Shown piece after piece: positions 57,386 through 64,000 of a DNA stretch of 64,000 bases. This DNA comes from Chloroflexota bacterium (GTDB taxonomy: Bacteria > Chloroflexota > Dormibacteria > CF-121). The stretch spans positions 3,357-67,356 of the forward strand of contig VBDY01000120.1 in assembly GCA_005882775.1 (NCBI GenBank). The letters run 5' to 3'. The notes beneath the pieces were generated by a model. It ran no database searches. It was given only the letters and a program-made list of their open reading frames with translations, and was not told the origin of the DNA. The translations under genes and the position numbers were made by a program. How positions within the stretch are numbered: position 1 is the first letter of the stretch; each line of letters starts with the position of its first letter.

Positions 57386-57558
57386 TCGGTCTTGATAACT
57401 TCGCGGCCGTCGTAGTAGCCGCAATTCCGGCAGATCGCGTGCGACTGCTTGGGCTGGTGACACTGCGGGCAATCGATCAGGTGCGGCCGCTTGATCGCCA
57501 GGTGGGCGCGCCGCTCACCCTGGCGGGCACGCGCGTATCGCGTCTTGGGAAGAGCCAT
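57382..57558 (-). CDS. rpmF: 50S ribosomal protein L32 (Zn-binding C+ form)
   Basis: MALPK...RRAH, CPQC, H.IC..CGYY.GR; TATAAT lies 7 nt before the ATG. Confidence 0.95.
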   Translation of the reverse strand: MALPKTRYARARQGERRAHLAIKRPHLIDCPQCHQPKQSHAICRNCGYYDGREVIKTE

Positions 57559-57581
57559 TCCCGGAATTATAAACGCCACTC

Positions 57582-58820
57582 TCAACTCGACTCGGAGGGC
57601 AGCCGCACCCGGGAGAACAGGGCCAGGAAGGTGGCGCCGGCCAGGACATAGAAAACCGCCGCCACGCCGAAGGCGAGCTCAAAGCCGCCCCGCACCTGCA
57701 GAAACCCGCTGAGCAGCGGGCCGATCCCGCCAAAGCCGATGCTGAAAACGACATTCTCCGCGCTGGCGAGGCGGGCCCGCTCGCGGGGTTCGACGTACTC
57801 CATGGCGAACACCTGGCTGAGGGGTGTTTGGGTATTGATCACCAGCTGCCGGACATAGAGAAGGCCAATCGCAAGCGGAAGGCTTCCGGCAAAGGCGATC
57901 GCGAGTACAAGGGGGGCGGTGAGTAGCTGGCTGAGAGCGATGGTGCGGGTGAGACCCAGCCGGCGGCTGATCGCCGGCGCCCGGAGAACAACGATCGCGG
58001 TGAGCGGCGCCGACCCGGCCAGGATCAACCCGATCGGGCCGGTGTGGAGATGGAAGCGCTGGGAGAGATAGAGCTGGACGAAGTTGAGCAGCATCCCGGC
58101 TCCCAGGCCGAGGAGCGCCTGCGGGATGAGAAAGCGAGCGAACCGGCGACGATCCACCTGCAGGAGCTGCCTGACGGGAACCACCTCGCCCGGCCGCAGA
58201 TTCGAGCCCCGGGCAAGCTGGATGAGCAGCCCCAGGCTCACCGCCTGGAGCAGCGCCATCGCGACAAAGGCCGCCCGCAGCGAAACCAGCGAGGTGGGCG
58301 AACCCGCGCCGAGCCGTCCTGCCAGCTCCGGCGCATAACCGCCAACCAGGAAGCCTACGACGCTGGCCACCCAGGTGAGGGCGTTGCTGGCCGCGTACAG
58401 AGGGACCCGCTCGTCCGGCCGGCTGAGCTGGGCCAGGACGGGTGAGCCGAGGACGCCGAGGGTGATGAAGCCGAGGGCGTAGGTGCCGGCAGCCACCACG
58501 GCCACCGGCCGGACGCTGGTGAGCGCCAGGACGCTCGCGCCCAGCAGGCTCAAGACGCTCGAGGCCACGATGAAGCGCCGGTAGCCCATCCGGTCGGCCA
58601 GCGCGCCGACGGGCAAACCGATAAAGATGATGGCCGCTGCAGGCAGGGCGTTGAAAACGCCGATCAGGTCGTTGCTGAAGCCGAGCGCGCTCATATAGAG
58701 GTTGAAGACCAGGTTGAAGATGGTGAAGCCCACACCTCCGACCAGGGAAAAGGCAAGGAACCGGCGGGCTGCCGGGCTGAACCCGCGCAGCTGCGCGTAA
58801 AAGGACCGGAAGGGGCTTAG
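57582..58820 (-). CDS. MFS transporter (true N-terminus upstream of the ORF-track start; CTA 58820 or CTG 58790)
   Basis: Motif A G.LADRMG.RR and about 12 TM helices. The upstream in-frame LRGFSPAARRFLAFSLVGG supplies TM1. Confidence 0.88.
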   Translation of the reverse strand, partial: LSPFRSFYAQLRGFSPAARRFLAFSLVGGVGFTIFNLVFNLYMSALGFSNDLIGVFNALPAAAIIFIGLPVGALADRMGYRRFIVASSVLSLLGASVLALTSVRPVAVVAAGTYALGFITLGVLGSPVLAQLSRPDERVPLYAASNALTWVASVVGFLVGGYAPELAGRLGAGSPTSLVSLRAAFVAMALLQAVSLGLLIQLARGSNLRPGEVVPVRQLLQVDRRRFARFLIPQALLGLGAGMLLNFVQLYLSQRFHLHTGPIGLILAGSAPLTAIVVLRAPAISRRLGLTRTIALSQLLTAPLVLAIAFAGSLPLAIGLLYVRQLVINTQTPLSQVFAMEYVEPRERARLASAENVVFSIGFGGIGPLLSGFLQVRGGFELAFGVAAVFYVLAGATFLALFSRVRLPSESS

Positions 58821-59293
58821 CGTCGAGCGGCTGGTTCGGCGACCGCGGGCGCCGGCTTGCGGAGCGCCTCGACGCCCTTCTTCACGGTCGCCACGGTCTT
58901 GAGCAGCTGGGACTCGAGCTGCTGCATGACCTCCCCGGCGTAGCGGTCGGCCGCCCGCCGGATCTCGTCGGCGCGCGCCGAGGTCTCGCGCAGCATGGCT
59001 TCGGCCTGTTTCTCCGCCCGCCTGGCGAGCTCCTGCTGGCCAATCATGGTCTGAGCCCGCTCCGATGCCTGGTTGATGATCCGGGTGGCCTCCGACTGGG
59101 CCTCGGACAGCAACCGCTGCTGCTCCTGCAGGGTCCAGCGAGCTTGCTTTATCTCATCCGGAAGACTGAGCCTCAGGTCGTCGATCAGGCCCAGCGCCTC
59201 CTCCTGGTCTACCACCACGGTCCGGGTGAGCGGAATCTGCCGGCTGTGCGCGATCAGGTACTCGATGCGGTCGATGGCGTCGTGGATGCTCAT
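58817..59293 (-). CDS. Conserved coiled-coil protein usually downstream of coaD (ATP-synthase-b/DivIVA-like helical protein)
   Basis: IPL...VVVD.EE.L.LID.LR..LPDEIKQA followed by heptad repeats. Confidence 0.8.
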   Translation of the reverse strand: MSIHDAIDRIEYLIAHSRQIPLTRTVVVDQEEALGLIDDLRLSLPDEIKQARWTLQEQQRLLSEAQSEATRIINQASERAQTMIGQQELARRAEKQAEAMLRETSARADEIRRAADRYAGEVMQQLESQLLKTVATVKKGVEALRKPAPAVAEPAARR

Positions 59294-59784
59294 GACTTCT
59301 CTCCCTTTTTGCCAAGACGTTGCTGTAGTGGTTGCACGACGTGAGCCGGGACGAATTCTGAAATGTCGCCGCCGAAGGCGCTCAGCTCCTTGATCAGGCT
59401 GGAGCTGAGGAAGAGGTGGCGCAGACTGGTCGGGATGAAGACAGTTACCACGTCCGAGTTCAGGCGCCGGTTCATCAGCGCCATCTGAAACTCGCTCTCA
59501 AAGTCCGACACCGCCCGGAGCCCGCGGACGATCACGCGCGCTCCCACCGAGCGGGCGTAATCGATGGTCAGCCCGCTAAAGGTGCTGACCTCGACTCCCG
59601 GGCGCTCCCCGAGACTCTTGCGGATCATGCCCACCCGCTCCTGTGTCGTGAACAGAGGTTTCTTGCCCGGGTTCTCGAGGACCGCGATCACCACCCGCTC
59701 AAAAATCTCCGCCGCCCGGTTGACGATATCCAGGTGGCCGTGGGTCACGGGATCGAAGCTCCCCGGGTAGATGGCGGTGGTCAC
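59290..59784 (-). CDS. coaD: Phosphopantetheine adenylyltransferase
   Basis: YPGSFDPVTHGHLDI, RGLRAVSDFE.E and SSSLIKE. Confidence 0.97.
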   Translation of the reverse strand: MTTAIYPGSFDPVTHGHLDIVNRAAEIFERVVIAVLENPGKKPLFTTQERVGMIRKSLGERPGVEVSTFSGLTIDYARSVGARVIVRGLRAVSDFESEFQMALMNRRLNSDVVTVFIPTSLRHLFLSSSLIKELSAFGGDISEFVPAHVVQPLQQRLGKKGEKS

Positions 59785-60332
59785 GGGGACCTCAGAAAGG
59801 TCAGCCGGGTGGCCCCGTAATCACGAGCACGCACCTCGGTGAGATGTTGCAGTACCGGCAGCGGCTGAGCACGATGATGCTCGACGACCACCAGGGACTC
59901 TTCGCGCAGGGCCAAGCCATCGAGGATGCGCAGCGTCCCGCTCAGGGCCGGCTCGTCCTGGTAAGGCGGGTCCAGAAGGAGCAGGTTGTAATCGGAAAGA
60001 GCCGTCCGGTGTGCTCGAAGCCACTGCGCCACTTCCGCACAGAAGACGTCCCCGTGCTGGGCAAACCCGGTCAAGCGCAAATTTTCGGTCACGATCGTAG
60101 CACAGGCTCGCTCCAAGTCCACAAACGTGGCACGCGCGGCGCCGCGAGACAGTGCCTCGATGCCAAGGGTGCCGGTACCGGCGAACAGGTCGAGGACGCG
60201 TGCACCGCGTATGCTGTCGCCGATGATGTTGAAGAGCGCCTCCCTCACCAGGGCCGTGGTCGGCCTGGTTGCTTTGCCAGGTCGTGTCTTGAGCGCGCGT
60301 CCGCGGGCGACGCCGGCCGTGACGCGGGTCAT
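59781..60332 (-). CDS. rsmD: 16S rRNA m2G966 methyltransferase
   Basis: TRPT...VREALFNI, LDLFAGTG.LGIEALSRGA and LDPPY. Confidence 0.95.
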   Translation of the reverse strand: MTRVTAGVARGRALKTRPGKATRPTTALVREALFNIIGDSIRGARVLDLFAGTGTLGIEALSRGAARATFVDLERACATIVTENLRLTGFAQHGDVFCAEVAQWLRAHRTALSDYNLLLLDPPYQDEPALSGTLRILDGLALREESLVVVEHHRAQPLPVLQHLTEVRARDYGATRLTFLRSP

Positions 60333-60377
60333 GACGATGAGTAAACGGCATTTCCGGTCCGCCGGGGGTGATCCGGC

Positions 60378-60629
60378 GTAGTTGTCATCGATGCGCTGAT
60401 CGGCATCGTCATCTTCCTCCTGTTCCCGGTGGGAGCAGGCCTGACCATGGGTTGGCTGCTATCCAAGGTCTTCCGGCCGCGCGCGCCGGCGGCCGCGACC
60501 AACCAGGGCCAGAAACCGGACGACAAGCCAAAAGTCGACGGACCCAGGCCGGGCACACCCAGAGCCGTGCCTCCCTCCACGCCCGGCGCCCGACCGAAAG
60601 GGGCGCGCCGGAGCGGCCGCCGGCGTTAG
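60378..60629 (+). CDS. Small single-TM protein with basic Pro-rich tail; start uncertain (GTA 60378 after a strong SD, first canonical GTG at 60429)
   Basis: GGGGGTGA, then 6 nt, then GTA; (M)VVIDALIGIVIFLLFPVGAGLTMGWLLSKVFRPR...; the stop overlaps the recG stop convergently. Confidence 0.5.
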   Translation, partial: VVVIDALIGIVIFLLFPVGAGLTMGWLLSKVFRPRAPAAATNQGQKPDDKPKVDGPRPGTPRAVPPSTPGARPKGARRSGRRR

Positions 60630-62719
60630 TCGAGGGCGAACACCCGGCGGTAGGCCGCGATCTGCCGGCTCAGGGCGGGCTCGGCCCGCAGCAAGGGGTC
60701 GCGATCCAGGAGTCGGGCTGCCTCCTCCTGCACCTCCTTGATCAGGACGGCATCGAGCAGGCCCTCCATCTTGAAGTCGGGCATGCCGTGCTGGCGCAGG
60801 CCGTATAGCTCGCCCATCCCGCGCAGCCGGAGGTCGATCTCGGCCAGGTCGAATCCACTTTGATGATCGACCACCGCCTGGAGCCGCTCCCGCACCTGGG
60901 GATCCTCCTGGTCTGTGAAAAGGAGACAGTACGACTGATGCGCCCCGCGCCCGACCCGGCCCCGGAACTGGTGTAGCTGGGCCAGCCCGAAGCGCTCGGC
61001 GCCCTCCACCATCATCACGGTCGCGTTCGGAATATCGATACCGACCTCGACCACAGAAGTCGTGACCAGGATGGCGACCTCCCCGCGCTGGAACTGGGCC
61101 ATGACCGCCTCCTTCTCGGCCGGCTTGAGGCGCCCGTGAAGCAGGGCGATGCGCCGAGCCAGGTCGGGGAAGACCTGTCCCTGCAGCTTCTCGAGCTCCT
61201 GGGTCGCCGATCGGACGCCCAGCTTGTCGCTCTCCTGGATCAGCGGACAGAGGACGAAAACCTGCCGGCCCGCGGCCACCTGTTCGCGCACGAACGCGTA
61301 GGCATCGTCCCGCCGGTCAGGAGAAACCAGGCGCGTCACCACCGGCCGGCGTCCGGGAGGCATCTCGTCGAGGACGGAGATGTCGAGGTCGCCGTAGAGC
61401 GTGAGGCCGAGGGTTCGCGGGATGGGGGTCGCCGTCATCGATAGGAAATGGGGCGCGTGCTCGCTCTTCTTTCGCAGTGCCAGCCGCTGGCTTACCCCGA
61501 ATCGATGCTGCTCGTCCACCACCACGAAGGCGAGCCGTTTGAACCGGACATCCTCTTCGATCAGGGCGTGGGTCCCTATGACCACGCTCACAGACCCCTC
61601 GGAGATTGCCTGAAGGATGGACGCACGCTGGGCCGGGGGAGTGCTGCCGAGCAGGAGGCCGACCGTCACGCCGAACGGGCGAAGCAGGGTTTCGACCACA
61701 TCGGCATGCTGCCGTGCCAGGATCTCGGTCGGCGCCAGCAGGACAGACTGAAAGCCGGCGCGAGCCGTGTGGTGCGCCGCCATGGTAGCCACCACCGTCT
61801 TCCCCGACCCCACGTCTCCCTCGAGCAGCCGGTTCATGGGGGCCGACTTCTGAAGGTCCTGGAGGATCTGCCAGGCGGCGACTCGCTGAGCGTTCGTCAG
61901 TTTGAAGGGGAGCCCTGAGACGAACGCCCGGGCGGCGGCCTCCTCGAATGGAATCGACACCGCGACCTCGCGCTGGCGGGCACGCTTGGCCTGCTGAGCG
62001 GCTACCTGCAACACAAACATCTCCTCGAAGGCGAGCCGCTCGCGCGCGGCAGATAGAGACGCCTGGTCCTGCGGATAGTGGATCTCGCGCACCGCGGCGG
62101 CGCGGGGAAGGAGGTGGCGGCGGTTGCGGATCTCATCCGGGATGAACTCCTCGAGCCCATCCGCCAGGGGCAACAACGGTCGAATCTTCGGGCGCAGCCA
62201 GCGTGAGGTGAGGCCCGCAGTCTCCGGATAGACCGGCACCAGACGGGCCGCGTGCTGCGGGTCAGCCGATGCCAGCTCGTACTCGGGATTTTTCAGGACC
62301 AGCCTGCCGCGCTCCAGCTCGACCCTGCCGGCAACGAAGACCTCTTCTCCGGGATGGAGTGACTTGGCCACGTACGGCTGGTTGAACCAGACCACCGTGA
62401 GCAGCTTGTTCGAATCGTCAGAGAGGACTGCCTCGGTCAGCCTCATGTGGCGTACCCGTGTCCAGTGTGCATCGATCCGGAGAATCCGCGCCCGGACCGT
62501 CGTCTCGGCCCCGGGCTGGACAAGGCTGATCGGAATCACACTGGAGAAGTCCCTGTGGCGGCGCGGGTAGTGGAGCAGCAGGTCGCGGACGGTGTCGATG
62601 CCCAGCCGATGCAACCGTTCGCCATAGGTCTCACTGACGCGGGCAAGCTCGGTTACCGGCGTCTCCAGCCTCGGGCCGGCTATTGCCGGACGCCTAAGCG
62701 ATGAGGTAGGTGAAGCCAA
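60626..62719 (-). CDS. recG: ATP-dependent DNA helicase RecG
   Basis: PMNRLLEGDVGSGKT, APTEILA.QH, DEQHRFG, MTATPIPRTL and QLHQFRGRVGR. Start probably TTG 62719. Confidence 0.97.
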   Translation of the reverse strand: MASPTSSLRRPAIAGPRLETPVTELARVSETYGERLHRLGIDTVRDLLLHYPRRHRDFSSVIPISLVQPGAETTVRARILRIDAHWTRVRHMRLTEAVLSDDSNKLLTVVWFNQPYVAKSLHPGEEVFVAGRVELERGRLVLKNPEYELASADPQHAARLVPVYPETAGLTSRWLRPKIRPLLPLADGLEEFIPDEIRNRRHLLPRAAAVREIHYPQDQASLSAARERLAFEEMFVLQVAAQQAKRARQREVAVSIPFEEAAARAFVSGLPFKLTNAQRVAAWQILQDLQKSAPMNRLLEGDVGSGKTVVATMAAHHTARAGFQSVLLAPTEILARQHADVVETLLRPFGVTVGLLLGSTPPAQRASILQAISEGSVSVVIGTHALIEEDVRFKRLAFVVVDEQHRFGVSQRLALRKKSEHAPHFLSMTATPIPRTLGLTLYGDLDISVLDEMPPGRRPVVTRLVSPDRRDDAYAFVREQVAAGRQVFVLCPLIQESDKLGVRSATQELEKLQGQVFPDLARRIALLHGRLKPAEKEAVMAQFQRGEVAILVTTSVVEVGIDIPNATVMMVEGAERFGLAQLHQFRGRVGRGAHQSYCLLFTDQEDPQVRERLQAVVDHQSGFDLAEIDLRLRGMGELYGLRQHGMPDFKMEGLLDAVLIKEVQEEAARLLDRDPLLRAEPALSRQIAAYRRVFALD

Positions 62720-63524
62720 CCACTCCGGGGCCGGTGTAGGTACCGAGGACCGGTCCGATCTCCGCAAGGTGAATCTCCAGGCCGGGGTAGCGAGGCGCGA
62801 CCCGGGCTCGCAGCTGCTGAGCGTCTGTATCGGCGGCTCCGTGCAGCACCGCCAGCCGGGTGAGGTTCGAGTCACGCTCGAGCATCTCAACCAACCGGTC
62901 GAGGGCCTGCGGCCAGCTGCGGGCCCGGCCGAGGGGAACGACCTCGCCATCCTGCACCGTGATCAGCGGCTTGACGTTCAGCAGCGAGCCCAGAAGCGCC
63001 CGCGCCTTGCCGATCCTTCCACCGCGCTCCAGGTAGGTGAGACTGTCCATGGTAGCCAGGATCTTTGCCTTGGGCACCAGTGCCCGAACATGGGCCGCCA
63101 CCTCCTTCAGGCTGGCGCCTGCCTTTGCCTTCTCGGCCCCCTCCAGCGCCAGGAAGCCGAGGGCCATCGAGGCGCTCTCCGAATCGATGACCTCGATATG
63201 GTCCTGGTCCACGGAGCGGGCGGCCATCAGGGCAGAGTTGTAGGTTCCCGATACCTTCGCCGAGAGCAGGACCGCGGCCACCTCGTGGCCGTCCGACCGA
63301 AGCGCGCGAAACGCCTCCTCAAACGCGCCCACCGATGGTTGGGAGGTCCGTGGATGCTGCGAGGACGACTTCAGCTTCTCAAAGAACTCGGCGCCGGTCA
63401 GGTCGACGCGGTCGCGAAAGACCTGGTCGCCGAAGTGAACATTGAGGGGAACGACCGTGATGCCGGCGCTTCGCTGCTGCGCCGAGGTGAGGTCCGCAGT
63501 GGAATCCGTAACGATTCGGACCAC
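62694..63524 (-). CDS. degV: DegV/FakB fatty-acid-binding protein
   Basis: IVTDSTADL, TSQPS, SGTYNSA, YLERGGRIG, LLNVKP and IGPVLGTYTGP. Confidence 0.94.
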   Translation of the reverse strand: MVRIVTDSTADLTSAQQRSAGITVVPLNVHFGDQVFRDRVDLTGAEFFEKLKSSSQHPRTSQPSVGAFEEAFRALRSDGHEVAAVLLSAKVSGTYNSALMAARSVDQDHIEVIDSESASMALGFLALEGAEKAKAGASLKEVAAHVRALVPKAKILATMDSLTYLERGGRIGKARALLGSLLNVKPLITVQDGEVVPLGRARSWPQALDRLVEMLERDSNLTRLAVLHGAADTDAQQLRARVAPRYPGLEIHLAEIGPVLGTYTGPGVVGFTYLIA

Positions 63525-63606
63525 GCACCGAGTATACGGGCCCTCCCGAGCAACTGACGTCGTGCCGCAATTCGAACCGCAGCATGCCTCGCATACCCTG
63601 ACAGCG

Positions 63607-63933
63607 ATGACCCCCGACCTGCCGGCCGGAGTTCCGAGCCCGATGGCCCAGGCCGCGATCCTTGGGGGATTCCTCGGTTTTCAATCGCTCGACGCCCTGA
63701 CCACGCACCTCGGACTTGCTCTCCAGCACCTCGAGGTCAATGCCCTGATGCGCCCGGTGATCGCCAACCACGGTGAACTGGCCGCCTTTGCCGTCAAGGG
63801 CGCCGCGGTCGGTGTGCTTCTCGCCACCCTGATGCTCCTGCAGCACCGCAAGCCACGCGTCTGGCAGGCGTTTCGCGTAGCCGCCTGGGTAACCGCACTG
63901 GCGGTCACCATCAACGTCATCCAGCTGGTCTGA
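63607..63933 (+). CDS. Small membrane protein, DUF5658-like
   Basis: LDALTT..GL....EVN.LM...K...N pattern; 3 TM helices; TACCCT lies 7 nt before the ATG. Confidence 0.65.
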   Translation: MTPDLPAGVPSPMAQAAILGGFLGFQSLDALTTHLGLALQHLEVNALMRPVIANHGELAAFAVKGAAVGVLLATLMLLQHRKPRVWQAFRVAAWVTALAVTINVIQLV

Positions 63934-63969
63934 GCCCGGCTGACCCTGCTGCCGGAACTGGCTCAGTGC

Positions 63970-64000
63970 CTACTCGACGGCGAGGACATAGGGATAGAGC
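63970..64000 (-). CDS. 3' end of a probable DAK2-domain fatty acid kinase FakA (partial)
   Basis: Ends ...LYPYVLAVE*, which matches the usual FakA/YloV C-terminus (QP.Y.Y...VE); upstream of degV and recG. Confidence 0.55.
   Translation of the reverse strand, partial: LYPYVLAVE

Noticed and set aside
60329-60580. Minus-strand 83-aa ORF overlapping the rsmD start
   Set aside because: No RBS or motif; the plus-strand reading gives a strong SD and a clean TM helix.

Overview
High-GC bacterial core-chromosome segment with almost all genes on the minus strand and Terrabacteria-type synteny. It runs fakA-(DUF5658)-degV-recG-rsmD-coaD-rpmF-fabD-fabG-acpP-rnc-smc-ftsY-ylxM-ffh-rpsP-khpA-rimM-trmD-rplS-rnhB-yraN-comM-dprA-topA-proC-rpsB-tsf-pyrH-frr-uppS-cdsA-dxr-rseP-ispG-proS-rel-hisS-aspS-alaS-ruvX-mltG-efp-nusB-xseB-tlyA-nadK-scpA-scpB-rluB-cmk-plsC. 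Gene content and order suggest a Chloroflexota/Ca. Dormibacterota-like organism (inference only). I saw no tRNA, rRNA, CRISPR array, transposase or prophage. Highlights: (1) an orphan FtsA-like actin ATPase next to a single-pass membrane protein with a baseplate-J-like ectodomain, placed between alaS and ruvX-mltG; (2) a SigB/F-like sigma factor with an apparently kinase-dead RsbW-like anti-sigma and a hidden upstream membrane protein that starts at ACG; (3) many apparent non-canonical start codons (CTG, ATC, ACG, GTA/ATT, CTA) and many leaderless -10/start arrangements; (4) a TTGACA-N20-TATAAT topA promoter inside dprA, with a 34-nt Z-DNA-type tract upstream of it; (5) operator-like palindromes at comM, ylxM and proS; (6) a membrane diguanylate cyclase paired with a Pro/Thr-stalk surface protein. 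All family calls come from recognising motifs by eye, not from database searches.
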